DNA of 64,000 bases from Octopus vulgaris (GCA_951406725.2 OX597814.1:97588001-97652000); one strand, 5' to 3'; numbered from the stretch's first letter, positions 25,924-39,689 are shown. The notes: generated by a model from the letters alone, not told the origin. Made by a program: numbers and translations.

Positions 25924-27022
25924 CTAGCAAACACACCCATCCTTTGAACAGTTTAATTTGCTTTGGTGGTATTTTTTTCACCAAATAATTGAACTACCAG
26001 GAAGGTTTATGAGTCGCACGGCAATCTACATTTCCGATTAACCTAGGAACGGAAAATTAAATTGAAGGCCAATTATTGTGGAGGTCGTTACACTTTAATG
26101 ATCATAGAACACAAAGTTTGCAAACAATGCAAAGTAGAGCTACTGAAGTGTTTTGGGAGTCAATAATGAATAATGACTACAAAATATAGTGGTTTTACAT
26201 GAAAGTGAAATTTCTTGTCAGAAACAGCCACATATATGGAGTAATGAAATTGAAGGAAGGTATTGAAACTTCTCCTCTGCAAGTTTATTTTTTTCAACAG
26301 CAATGGGAGCTACTTTTTTTGGAGAGATAAGCAAAAAAAAGCCCCTTTATTCTGTCTTCCCACATAGCTTGTGCATAAACTAACAGTGAATGCTTCATAA
26401 AGTTAAAATGGTATGGAGCTTTCTGAAAGATATGGTTAGCTTTCACTAGTGGAAGCAAAACTCTTATTTAAAGGTTGATTGATATGTGATTGTTTAAAGA
26501 AAGCTAGAAAAACAATGCTAAAATGTATTTGAAACAATGGACAATAGTCAAAATATCACAATGGACAGGTAAATAAGAATCCTTAAAGTGAAACAACACA
26601 CTGGTATTTGAAAAAAGGTATCAACAAATAGAAGAGAGGGAAGGGAACACTATCTTTCAAGTAACTCACAATAGGTAAAGGTAAGTTTGCCAAAGTTGAA
26701 TGCAGTTTAAATATGGAGATTGTTTGGTATTGGATATTCATTGCGTACAGTGTTCCTAGTCGATTTCATCACCATGGCAGGTGGACAGTGGAAATAGACA
26801 AAATCCTTTCACTTTTATAAAAGATTAAAAATGTATGGAAGACCCTACATGCAAAAAACTATGTCCATTTACGTGGGATCTCTGGGCAAAATGTTATAGT
26901 ACATGACCATCCTTGGGAGATAAGTAATGTTTGTGTAAAGTTTGATGAAAATCGGTTGAGAATTGTGGAAATGTATGTGTTAGTCATTATACAAACATAT
27001 TGTGATTTATATATATACCAGA
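25924..27022 (-). mobile_element. Older non-autonomous Helitron-like element
   Basis: On the minus strand A|TCTGGTATATATATAAA start and CTAG|T end; subterminal hairpin degenerate. Confidence 0.5.
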
Positions 27023-27979
27023 TATATTGTGTGTAGAGTTAAATATACAACTACTACTGTATGAGTAGGAGCTCCACATAGATTATCATTATCCCTTCAC
27101 CAATGTAAAGCCTACTTAGGAACTAAATATTTATACAGGTGTTTCTCTTAATTTCCACTATAAATACCATCATCATTTAATGTCCATCTTCCATGCTGAC
27201 ATGTGTTGGATGGTTGACAGGAGCCAGCTAGGTAGAAGACTACACCTAGCTACTGTGTCTGTTATGGCATGGTTTTTACAGCTGGATGCCCTTCCTAACA
27301 CCAACCACTCTGCAGAGTGGACTGAGTGCATTTTACATGGCACCAGTACAGGCAAGTTCAGTTTCAGCATGGTTTTTACTGCTGGATGCACTTCCAAATG
27401 CCAACCACTTCACAATGTGGACTGGATACTTTTTGCATGACACCAATAGAATCACCAAGTAACTTGCAAGACAAGAAATTTTGAGAGAGAAGGGAACATT
27501 GGAGGAGGTGTGTGTACACACAATCATTTAGTGTCTATATTTCCAGACAAGAGTATGTCATGGTAGAATTTTCTAAGGCTGGATGCCCTTTCTGTCAAAT
27601 TCCCAAGTGAAATAATCTCCGAACAGGCCAGCCTTGTTTACATGGAGAACTGGCAACAAATGACATTGAAACATGCATTCTGTTTATAAAGGTCATACAA
27701 CTTGTCAAGACATGTCAAGCTATGACATGCTTTCATAATGGACAGTAAGCAAATGAGATCACTCATGAAACCATTGTTTACAATCAGAAAGCAACAAGAG
27801 AAATACAAAATCACTCACACAAAAATACATATACACATAAAACAAGTTTTCTTCAATTTCCATCAACCAAATGTACTCATAAGGCCTTAGCTGGCCCAGG
27901 GCTATAGCAGAAGATACTTGCCCAAAGTGCTTAGTGGGACAGAACCTGAAACCACATGGTTGGGCAGCAAACATCCTAA

Positions 27980-28199
27980 CCCTTTAGCATTTAATCCAGC
28001 CATATCCTGCCCAAATATTCAAACTGTTCTATGTTAAAGCAGACTAGATCAAACTTCTCACACATAACCTACAATGTCATTCTAAAAATACACAAACACA
28101 CCATTGGAATCTTGAAGCTACAAGATAATATGTGATTAATTCAAAACAGTGTGAATAAATAAGCAATACATCTGACAAAGAAATCTGAATGCTAAAGGC
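27980..28199. mobile_element. piggyBac-type MITE inserted in a family A SINE
   Basis: CTAA|CCCTTTAGCATT...AATGCTAAAGGC|TTAA; the SINE sequence resumes on both sides of the TTAA site. Confidence 0.7.
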
Positions 28200-28900
28200 T
28201 TAATTACACAGCCATACCTCATTGTAAAAAAAAAACAACTAATCAGACCAATCCCACTTTTTCCTGCTAACAAGAAGATAAGAAAACTTCTAAGAGGAAA
28301 ATTCTTACTAGAAGTTATTGCATTATTTTAGTTTGTACATTTTAGCCTTCTGAAGTTGGTTAAATGAGTACCACTCATGTACTGAATTATTAAAATCACT
28401 TCCACTTCTTCCCGAGGTATGTTTGGCCTTGGCCTTTTGTTAAAAATCAGTCGTTTGTAAGATAATGAAACAGCTGGACACAATTGTCCTACTTTAATTA
28501 GTAGATATATTCCTTTGTGTTCTGAGTTCAACTCTCACCAGGGTTGACTGATATCTGCAGTAGAGAAAACAAGTACCAACTGTGTATAATAAATGCATTT
28601 CCTTTACAATTTGTTGTTTTGTGTCAATGTAGGAGATCATTCTTTTGTAGTTTGTTAACTCAATGATATGTAATTTCCATCAACATCATCAACTGCATTA
28701 TATATCTCCTTTTCCATGGTGATGAATTTTCTGAGTTTTACAGCAGGATTCCTATGCCGTCACCAACCTATTTAGATACTTCTTACAATGCACATGGATA
28801 CAGTATAACTATTCTAAAACAAGGATACACATGATATGTATACATTTATATATATATAACCTAAAACATAATAAATAAGAGGATACTAGTGTATAGGATA

Positions 28901-29264
28901 TCTCTCTATATATAAACGGCAGTTTGTCTGTCTGTGTGTCTGTCAGGTTGTACCCTCACCCTGACCACGGCTTTCAACCGATTCTGATGAAACTTGACAC
29001 ACACATAGCCCAATGTCATAATTCAAAACTAACGCAGCGAAAATTTTGAAAAGTTCCCCCAGTTCTGAAAAAAATCGATAAATTCGACGTGGGATCGAGA
29101 ATCAGAAACACAAACCACAGACTGTCTAGGGGACGCAACTCGACCTTTTTTAACTAAAAAAAAATTTACCATCATTTTTTTCCCATTTTTTGGCTATAAC
29201 TCTCTAAAAATGCTTTATAGTTATTTCCCTTACAAACCCGAGCAACGCCGGGCGATACTGCTAG
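28901..29264 (+). mobile_element. Non-autonomous Helitron (5' type B, 3' type X)
   Basis: A|TCTCTCTATATATAAACGGC start; 3' end matches the 21077 copy (CCCGAGCAACGCCGGGCGATACTGCTAG|T). Confidence 0.88.
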
Positions 29265-29948
29265 TTATTATTATTATTATTCTCGTTTCTCATGGAGGAA
29301 TGGCTGCATGAAATTAAGTAACACAATATCAGACCTGAAACTTTATAAACAGCCTGTATTATATCCTTACCAGCGGATAAGTGTGCATTCCGTGCAGTAC
29401 TCTCCTACAAAGCACCACTTGCACAATATGTATTTTATGCCTCTGCTACCCAATGCTATAGTACAATCTGCATTCTACACAATTTCTATAACACAACCCA
29501 CACGGCATGTACTACACCCAATCAACACCCTTTATGAAAATACAACCTACGTAACCTGTATTCTGTACAATTGCTTTTCAATACTATAATGCAGTTTAAA
29601 ATTAATAGTTTTGACATAATGGTAATCTTTTCTAATATAGGCACAAGGTCTGAAATTTTTTTTTTGGCGGGGGGTGGTTAAGTTGATTACATCGACATCC
29701 CCCCCCTCTCCAGTGCTCAATCGCTTTTTATTTTATTGGCCCTGGAAGGGCGAAAGGCAAAGCTGACCCCAGTGGCATTTGAACTCAAAACGTGAAGACA
29801 GATGAAATACTGCTAAGCACTTTGCCCAACGGGCTAACGATTCTGACAACTTGCAGCCCTATTAATAATAATAATAATAATAATAATGATGATGATAATT
29901 TATTGCCCACCTGGATGTAAGCAGCTGGTGACAATATGAGAAAGATAA

Positions 29949-30370
29949 TCTCTCTATATATAAACGGCAGTTTGTCTGTCTGTGTGGCTGTCAGGTTGTA
30001 CCCTCACCCTGACCACGGCTTTCAACCGATTCTGATGAAACTTGACACACACATAGCCCAATGTCATAATTCAAAACTAACGCAGCGAAAATTTTGAAAA
30101 GTTCCCCCAGTTCTGAAAAAAATCGATAAATTCGACATGGGGTCGAGAATCTAAGCTTATCATATGCAACACATTTTCCGTTGTAGTTTTCGCAACTTGC
30201 AATCGGGAGACAGCTAGGAACATCGTATACACAGAAGTATTCGAGTGAAGAGAAGACATTGCAACCTACACATGCACCTTTGTTCCCTAGAGGGAAAGAA
30301 CTAGATTGGGATTAGTCGTTGCCTACTAGGGGCTCTTACATACCCGGGCAACGCCGGGCTATGCTGCTAG
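29949..30370 (+). mobile_element. Non-autonomous Helitron (5' type B, 3' type Y)
   Basis: First about 200 bp nearly identical to the 28901 copy; different 3' half ending CCCGGGCAACGCCGGGCTATGCTGCTAG|T. Confidence 0.88.
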
Positions 30371-30505
30371 TAGATTATAAATATATAACATGTTATACAT
30401 GGAAACAAGTGAGGGCTGACAAGAAGGGGATCCAGTCATAGAAAATCCACCTCAAAAAATTCTGTGTAACCTATATGAGTATGGAAAAGTGAATGTCAAT
30501 AACAA

Positions 30506-30537
<32 letters not shown>

Positions 30538-30538
30538 A

Positions 30539-30770
30539 GAGGCAGTGAGCTGGCAGAAACGTTAGCGCGACAGGCGAAATGCTTTGCGGTTTTTCGTCTG
30601 TCGTTACGTTCTGAGTTCAAATTCCGCCGAGGTCAACTTTGCCTTTCATCCTTTCAGGGTCAATAAATAAAGTACCAGTTTCGCACTGGGGTCGATGTAA
30701 TCGACTTACTCCCTTTGTCTGTCCTTGTTTGTCCCCTCTATGTTTAGCCCCTTGTGGGTAGTAAAGAAAT
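30539..30770 (+). mobile_element. tRNA-derived SINE, family B
   Basis: GGCAGTGAGCTGGCAGAA head and B box GAGTTCAAATTCC; many related copies in the window (e.g. near 4459, 29630, 38591, 51980, 55985, 58346, 60136, 62680). Confidence 0.85.
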
Positions 30771-31068
30771 ATATATATATATATATATATATATATCATC
30801 ATCATTATTATAGGTAAGAAAAAGTTGGATATCTCAAAGCATGATACTATAAAATAATACAAACTATGTGGTATATAACCTATATTTATGATAAAATATA
30901 TTACATTTTCCACGTATCTGGTATTTTTCAATTGTTTCATTCATTAGACTGCAGCTATGCTGGGGCACAACCTTGAAAGTTTTTAGCTAAACAAATCGAC
31001 CCCAGTACTTATTTTTAAAGCCTGATACTTATTCTCTTAGTCTGTTTTGCTAAAGCACTGTATTACAG

Positions 31069-31623
31069 GTACTATTAAATTAGTATCCAACTTTCTCACC
31101 CTCATTAGTTGATTGTAATTATGCTACATTTAATTTTGGATGTAGTATCTGTTTCCGTGAATTTTGGCGGGCCGTGGCAGGGGCACTTGAACTATAGCAG
31201 TGAATGCAATCGACTGGACTGCACGTGCGTTTATCGTGATGGTAAAGTCTAGCGTGCGGTCAAGTCAATTGTATTCTAAACGGGTTCGGCCGATGAGCTA
31301 CCGATAAAAGTATATTATGTGAGTAAAATTACATAATTTATTAATTTATTAATAGCGAAACAATTGTCCCGAACTAATTTACATTTTTGCTATGTTTATT
31401 TGCCCTGTCTGCGCCAGTAGTTGTGCTAACTTTCATTGGAAACTTTTATGTGGTTGAAACCCATCGGATCTATTTTTAGTGCTAGAGTAGACCACATGGT
31501 GGTTACTCTCTTATATTTATGTATAAAATGTATCGTAATCCGGGTTTTGTACGCACTAAGCCACTTGGTGTTAAATGGATGTACTATTAAATTAGTATCC
31601 AACTTTCTCACCCTCATTAGTTG

Positions 31624-31626
<3 letters not shown>
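31069..31626. mobile_element. Element bounded by 46-bp direct repeats, abutting (TA)n
   Basis: 31069-31114 equals 31581-31626; interrupts a family A SINE. Confidence 0.7.
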
Positions 31627-31704
<78 letters not shown>

Positions 31705-31751
31705 GAGAGAGAGAGAGAGAGAGAGAGAGAGGGACACACACACACACACAC
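31627..31751. repeat. Compound (TA)n(GA)n(CA)n microsatellite
   Basis: Directly visible. Confidence 0.95.
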
Positions 31752-32483
31752 AGAAAAGGCATTTTTCAGTTTCTTTCAACCAACTCTACTTACAAGGCGT
31801 TGGTCAGCTGAGTTGTAGTAGAAGACACTTGGCCAAGGTGGGGATGCAAACAGGGCTTAACAGAGCTTGGATTGGAAAGATTTCTTTTTGCACCTGCAGT
31901 GCATAGATAGTAAAGATATCCAAAGCTGATTTAAGGGAGGTTTTCAGGATTAAGCTGAGATCTGACTTTCAATCAACAAATAATAGTATTGTGGCAGATC
32001 TATTTTAGACTCACCAAGGAAAATGTGTGTATGTGAACATGCACAAATGTTGATATTTCACGGCTTGGCATTATAACCCATTGCTCTACACTTTTAAAGA
32101 GTTGTGGACTAACAAATCCCTTCTGTGAAAAACAGGTATGGGTTGGTGACACCTAAAATAGCTCCCCGTCTAACATGGACAAAGAAATATTAAAGAAACT
32201 AATGCTTTTTTTCAAATGCAATGACCTGAATTAAGTAGATTTTGAGACTTGCAAAAATAACATCAGATAGAGCTAGTAAAGATCTTTTATGACTGCAATG
32301 AAGTTCATTACAATACTGTTTCTTCTCATGAACTGCAGATTGGAGGTAACAGGAGATTAAAACAAAACTTGCCAATAGTTTAATCGTCTTAATCAAAATA
32401 AAAACAAGATATCACTTTAAGTCATGTAATTAAGGTAAATGATAAAATGGATCTCGAAATAATAAGTAATGTATCAATCACAA

Positions 32484-32519
<36 letters not shown>

Positions 32520-32521
<2 letters not shown>

Positions 32522-34440
32522 CTCAAACAAGAATATCAGCCCACATCACTAACTCGGCAGGCATTGTTGCAGCCAAATTCAGAGAGCTTCCTCAACAAAC
32601 TGGGGATACTGAAATGAAGTAGAGGTCATTCAGCAGTTTCTTCTTTGGTGTTCAATTGTGAGGACAAAAGTAGCTCAATATTGCACCATGACGCAGAACT
32701 CTTGTCATAACAAGGAAGTTAAAGGTGATGTTTATCAGACCCCCATCCACCCACCCCCACCAAAAAAAGGCAGGCAGCTTGGCTTGAAAACAAGTCTTCT
32801 ATGTAAAGACAATAAAGACATCCAAAGCTAAGTAACAAGATTTGGAGGTTAAGGTGGAATCTGACTTTCAGTATTCTGGCAGACGATCTGCCAGCTACAT
32901 AAGTCCCCTCCATATATGACATTAGGAAGTCATTGTATTTCTTCACTCTGTTGAAAAGTGCATCTTCAGGAGATGAAGAGAATTCTTTGCCCAGCACCAA
33001 TATCAGATCATAACACTTTCAGGTGTACACAAAGTGCATTTGAAGCCGAAGATTACCCTCACAAAAGGTTGAAGTCATAAGAGTAATTAAAGCAACCAGA
33101 AGTGAGATGGATACTGGGGAGAATGAAATTTGGCCAGAGATGTTAAGAGAGAATGTATTATCTGGCTTAGCCATGTATGCCAAGTGGCCTGGCCTTCTGG
33201 AGATGCATCAAATCAATGACAATTAGGAGCGATAATCACAATTTTTAAAAAGGAAAACGAAAGTGCTTTAATAATAGAGGAAGCTCCTTGTTAAGCCTCC
33301 TCAGTGAAGTCTACACCAGGTGTCTGGAAAAAAGATGTAAGGACACTGACAAGTGCAAGTTAGCTGGGTGACTAAATATTCACACACTACCAAGTCTACA
33401 AGAAATTATAGGAATATTGTTAATGGGTATATAATGGTTTTGTAGACCTTGAAAAGGTATGTGACAAAATGCTACAGGTCATGCTGTGGACGGTTTTGCT
33501 GGAGTTTAGGAGTGATGAGCAGCTCCTTCTTGCCTTGAAATCTCTAAAGGAATGCCCTGTGTTTATGCTAACAAGTCTTTCAATGTGAATGTGGGTCTCT
33601 GCCAGGGTCACTTCTCTTTTTTATAATCTTTATAAACTGGATTGACAAGCACAGCCATGGTCAAAGTGGTGTCAAAATTGGTGGGTGTAGGATTAGTCAG
33701 CTGATTCTTGCAGACAACATATTACTACTTAGCTTGTCACAAAGTTGTACTCAGTCTGCACTAAGTATGTTCACTACTAAGTACCATAAAAGAGGAGTGA
33801 AAATCAGTGTTGCAAAGACTGAGACATTGATCCTCTCAAGAAAGTCTGTCCAGTGCACTTTGTATGTTAGTGGGAATCACACTGAAGGAGATTTTCATGA
33901 GTAATGGAAGGCAGGGAGCAAGAATTGTTGACATAGGTGTAATACTGCACCTGCTTCAATACTATCATCAGTAAAAACGGAAGTAAATGAAAAATCCAAA
34001 CTTGCTATATTCAATTCAGTTTCCATGCCTACCTGTACTTATGACAATGAATCCTAGATAGTGACCAAAAGAGTATGATCATGAATATAAATGGCCAAAG
34101 TGGTGTTTCTTTGACAGGTTTGCTAGACTAACATCACTCAACAGGGTGATTAGCTTGGAAATCAAAGAGCCACTACTCCTTTGCATTGAGAAATCACTGC
34201 TCTGACACTACTGACATACGATTAGAATGTCTGATGCAAGAATCACAGAACGGATTTAACAGCAACATCAAAAGGCAGGAGACATGGGGATAGGCTGTGA
34301 ATAAGATAGTAAGAAAACAGTCAAGCCTTAGGGATCTCTCTTGGTATTCAGTAGGAACATTTGTTGATGGCTGCTTCTAATAAGACCCTCTGGGGAGTGC
34401 ATCTGAGAGTTCCATTCCTATGAGCTTTGCAAATGAATGG
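32520..34440 (+). mobile_element. Decayed RTE-clade LINE reverse transcriptase
   Basis: Degenerate motifs in order: TIFKKG..NNRGSSLLS, FVDLEKVCD, VGLCQG, LADNILL (FADD site), TYDNES*; boundaries approximate. Confidence 0.75.
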
Positions 34441-35510
34441 ATGGAATATTATCAAGCAAGTGAAAGAGAAATTACTGGACATGTAGAGAGATGTAACAAC
34501 AAATGCACTCTTTTACCTCCATGCTCATTAGTGCTCTTGGAGATTATGACTTCAAAAGAAACTAGTAGACTGGTTTACCAATAGTTAAGAAAAGCTAAGA
34601 ACTAGATGAACTTTGTTTTGAACAGGAAGAGACAGAAAATAGTTATAAACACAAAACATATTTTTAGAAGTAATCTCCTAATGTTGATTAAAAATATGTG
34701 TGATCAGATTTAATGTAGAAAAAGTAGGAAAAACTGGAATCAAAGAAAAGAGAGTATGGAAAAAGATAAGGTCAGCTTATACTTAACTTTAGAAAATGTT
34801 TACATGGACTAAGTAAACAAAGAACTTATAAAGTACAGAAAATAGTTGGATGTGGCCACCACAAAAACTAATAACTAAAATGCTAAAACTACCATGATAG
34901 AGCACTTCATTAGTTGACTGCATTGTAAAGAAGATATGATCTCTGATGACTATCAGAACAGGCACTCATCATCAAATGGGAAATTAATAATAGCCTATAA
35001 TGAGTGAATGATATATCAGAGTTGTTCAATAGATGCGACTGTTAAAATTAGGGATAGAGTTGCAAGGCTTGTGGAATCAGTACACAAAATCTTCAGTTCC
35101 TAAAGTTATGGAATCACTGAACTTTAATTCTTTTACTTGAGACATCATACACAACATAATAGACAATGTGGAATCAACAGGCTACATTTTAGCATGCTAA
35201 TCAGGTTCAAGTCTGGATTTAAAGCAATAGCTCTGTAGTTGTGGCTTCATTAGATTATTTGTTAACAATTAAAGATAAGACAAAACAAAGTTAAAAGATA
35301 CTTTTTATCAAAAGGCTAATAAAGTAAAAGGATATAAAAACAAACTATAAAAATACTGTAAAAGAAAATCAGGAATATCTTTGTTTGCCAGTTCTAAAAT
35401 CTGAAGTTCACCTAAATCAAAAAACTAAAAAAACTGAACATTTAAAGCAACTTGACAAATGACTACTATTTTAAAATGAGCTCAGTTTAAAACATAACCC
35501 CCTCCCTATG

Positions 35511-35574
35511 ATTTGTAAAATATTGAAAAATATCCTTACAAAATTTGTAAAATATTGAAAAATATCCTTACAAA
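35511..35574. repeat. 32-bp tandem duplication
   Basis: ATTTGTAAAATATTGAAAAATATCCTTACAAA twice. Confidence 0.9.
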
Positions 35575-36407
35575 ATTTTTTAATAATGTGTCTAAAGATG
35601 AAACCAAGAATACAATTTTAAAATATATTAACACCTTGTTCTAGAAACAAAATTCCATTCACTAGATCTTCCTTCATAGAAAACTTAAAATTCTGATTTA
35701 TTTTCAGCGAAAAAATTAGCGAAATTAATATTTGTGAAAGTTGAAATTTTTATGCATTATTTTACAATTTACACTGAATCAGAAACAGTGCAATTTTATA
35801 AACTGATTCTAGCAATACAATAATTGCTTCTGATTTTTCTTCATGGCCCTGCAAGACTAAGATAAAGATAGTGATAACCTCACTAAGGATCAAGAGTACA
35901 GGAAAGTGTCGACTGACATAGTTCCAAAGAATGTTCTTCATCCTAATCACTGAAGCTACAATAAAGGAATTCAGAAATGAATTATATGGATGATTCTGTA
36001 TGCTAATCAGCCAGTTCTCCTTGACAAATTTGTTCAAGAACTTGTAAAATAGATTTGAGACTTGGCAATATGGACTTCAAAGGTCTTGAAAAAAGACCAT
36101 ACCCAAGATTAAGGTAATATATAGTTATTGGTACCAAAAGGCTCAACAGTATCAGATAAGTGGCCTTTTCCAAAATGTTGGAAAGGGGCAAATTAGAATC
36201 CAAAACTGTGTAGTCATGCAGACAATGCTACAAGATCTCCGGCAGAAAACAAAATGTTAGGTGTGCTAAATATAGAAGAATAGTTAATAGTTGAAGATAG
36301 ATCATAGACTGCTTGGAAAACTCATATATTTAAGTAATAAATAGTTGGTTACTGAGGAGACAAAACTACTGCAAGAGATGGAGCAAATGGCAATATTGGA
36401 ATTTACA

Positions 36408-37227
36408 TCTTATAATAATTCTGCTAGTCACTCCATTACTTAGCCCGTCCATAACGCTTTCACATGATTAGTTGAAGGGAAAGGTGAAGAGCGAGAGAGG
36501 AAAAGGAGAAGAGAGAAGTGTCTATGATGTGAGGTAGAGGGAATGTAATTGTAATGCTTTCACATAATTAAATAGAAAGAAAGAACAAGATGGAGAAAGA
36601 AAAAGGAGAAAAAGAGGATAAGGCTAACAGTGAGACAGAAAGAGGGAGAGAAGCATCCACAAGATGAGATAGGGGAAAAGTAATATTTATTATGTGGTTA
36701 AAAAAGTTAGTTGAAGGTAGTGATATAGAGGAGAGTTAGAAATAATTTTAGCAGAGGGGTGATGTTCTAAAGAAAGGGAGAGAGGGGGAGAGAGAGATGA
36801 TGAAGGTGGTGAGTGGATAGTGAAAAGTGCATTTTTTTAAACTGAATTTTTTATATCGCTTATCACTTAACGCATGTACGTAAGTGCAATTTCATGAAAT
36901 ATTATAGCTTATTTATGTGGCAAATATATGCAATTTAACTAAAGGTTGTACCATGCATACAGCAATATTTTTTTTGTTTCTGGAAAGAATGAAAAAATAA
37001 AAGTGAATATTTTTATGACTCTTGTGTATTAAGTCTATAAAATTGTGCATAAAGTAGATAATGTGCATTAAGTAATCATCATATTTCAATTTCTTTCACT
37101 TTTCAATGAGTAGCAGATGAGAGACTATCTTTCCATACAGACACAACACAGGCTACACACAGTTGTTTTCAGAAATAACCTTATAGGTTTACCGTTAATT
37201 CTGTGAAATATTCATGGGTCCTACTAG
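36408..37227 (+). mobile_element. Non-autonomous Helitron (third family)
   Basis: A|TCTTATAATAAT start, degenerate hairpin CTGTGAAATATTCATGG, CTAG|T end; 3' part homologous to 51075-51256 plus 51826-51846. Confidence 0.7.
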
Positions 37228-38426
37228 TGTTATTTCAGAAAGGGATTGATATATAAAGCGAATACAGGTACACAGTAAAATTGAAAAAGAAAAAAAATTA
37301 AAGTATGGTTAGTCCACATATATAATTATAATTTAAGTAAAATACACTTCACAAGTCAGCAGAGTAGATGATAGGAGTAAGAGGTTTGCAAATGACCAGA
37401 GCCTAAAGGATGATTAGTGTGAAGTATTTTAAAGTGCAGGACAGTGTGTTTATATGAACTAGGATGCTAATCAGGAAGTGAACCTGAAACAACTATAGTG
37501 TACTTACCCTCACTGATCGTGAAAAGTGGGCCACATGTACTGAGATGTAGAATACAAGAGAAGACTAAAAAGCACCCACTACACTCTTTTAGTGGCTGGT
37601 GTTAGGAAGGGCATCCAGCTGTAGAAACCATGCCAAATCAGATTGAAATCTGGTGCAGCTCCCCAGCTTACCAGTTTTCAGTCAAACCACTTAACCCATG
37701 CCAGCATGGAAAACAGACATCAAATGATGATGATGATGAGTAAGATACTTTCACAAGAGTAACAAATAAAGTAGCTGATTATTAAGGTACAGTTCAGTAC
37801 AGTTAGAAAAGCTATAAAAGTATTGAAAACAGAAAAGCATCAAGACCATCAGGGATAATTGTTCACAAGCTAAACACTATCAAAATATGCGGCAATATTC
37901 AAGTTACTTGCTTCCATAATCAAATATTGTCAAAAGACATTAATGTTAATCACCTCCTTAATCAACAAGTTTCATAAGGGCAACACAAAATTTCCTGAAG
38001 AGGATCAAGTACAGAGACCTCAAACTGATGACCCAAGACTTTAGAGTGCTTGAAGTGTTTTATCAAAACAGATTCAGAAATCAATCAGATGAAGTTTGGG
38101 TTTGTATTAAGACATATAACCACAAAACCTACATTTCTAGTAATAGAACTTTAAGAGAAGTTTGTAACTCATAAACCACTGAATTTAGCTTCTGTCTCTC
38201 TGAAGACGGGCATACTAAACAGGGTCCATTGATCAGCAGTCTGATGGACACTAAAGAAAGTTGGGTGTAGGTGAATGGTCTTAAAAGCTTAAATTATACA
38301 GCATGGTGCTATTAGTATGATTATGGATAAAAGTGAGTTCAAAGAATTTCATGTTTTTCATCTTAAGTTCCTTAGAAACGTTTAAAAGCTAATAATTGTT
38401 TCCATAACAATAGAAATCAAAATATT

Positions 38427-39682
38427 TACTCTTTTACTTGTTTCAGTCATTTGACTGCGGCCATGCTGGAGCACCGTCTTTAGTCGAGCAAATCAACCCC
38501 AGGACTTATTCTTTGGAAACTTAGTACTTATTCTATCAGTCTCTTTTGCCGAACTGCTAAGTTTCGGGGACGTAAACATAGCACCATCGGAAACGTTAGC
38601 ACGCCGGGTGAAATGCTTAGCGGTATTTCGTCTGCCGTTACGTTCTCAGCTCAAATTCCGCCGAGGTCGACTTTGCCTTTCATCCTTTCGGGGTCAATAA
38701 ATTAAGTACCAGTTACGCACTGGGGTCGATATAATCGACTTAATCCGTTTGTCTGCACTTGTTTGTCCTCTCTGTGTTTAGCCCCTTGTGGGTAGTAAAG
38801 AAATAGGTTATCAAGCGATGTTGGGGGGGGACAAACACAGACACACAAACATATACACACACACATCATCATCGTTTAACGTCCGTTCTCCATGCTAGCA
38901 TGGGTTGGACAGTTCAAGCGGGGATCTGGGAAGCCAGAAGGCTGCACCAGGCTCCAGTCTGATCTGGCAGTGTTTCTACAGCTGGATGCCCTTCCTAACG
39001 CCAACCACTCTGTGAGTGTAGTGGGTGCTTTTTACGTGCCACCTGCACAGGTGCCAGGCGAGGCTGGCATCGGCCACTGTCGGATTGATGCATTTTACGT
39101 GCCACCGGCACGGAAGCCAGTCGAGGGGGCACTGGCATCGGCCACGATTCGGATGGTGCTTTTTACGTGCCACCGGCATGGAAGCCAGTCGAGGCGACGC
39201 TGGCATCGGCCACAATTCGGATAGCGCATTTTACATACCACTAGTCCAGGGGTCCTGGCAACTGCCAGGTGCCAGTCATAGGATTGGTTTAATTTCGATT
39301 CCGATTTCACTTGCCCCAACAGGTCTTCGCAAGCAGAGAAGCGGGGTTGGCATGGGTGCCTGTCGTCGGATGAGGTTCGATTTCGACTTCGCTTGCCTCA
39401 ACAGGTCTTTGTGTGTCCAAGGGAGGAAAGACATGCATAAGTGGGCTGGACTCACTTGTCCTGTCTGGTCTTCTCACGCACAGCATATTTCCAAAAGTCT
39501 CGATCATATATATATACATATATACGACGGGCTTCTTTCAGTTTCTGTCTACCAAATCCATTCACAAGGCTTTGGTCGGCCCGAGGCTATAGTAGAAGAC
39601 ACTTGCCCAAGGTGCCACGCAGTGGGAATGACCCAGGAACCATGTGGTTGGTAAGCAAGCTACTTACCACACAGCCACTCCT
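38427..39682 (-). mobile_element. Family A SINE with nested family B SINE (about 38591-38807, +) and RTE 3' fragment (about 38866-39505, -)
   Basis: Host SINE sequence is collinear once the two inserts are removed; the RTE fragment is the reverse complement of the 14280-14977 region. Confidence 0.85.
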
Positions 39683-39689
39683 AAATTTC

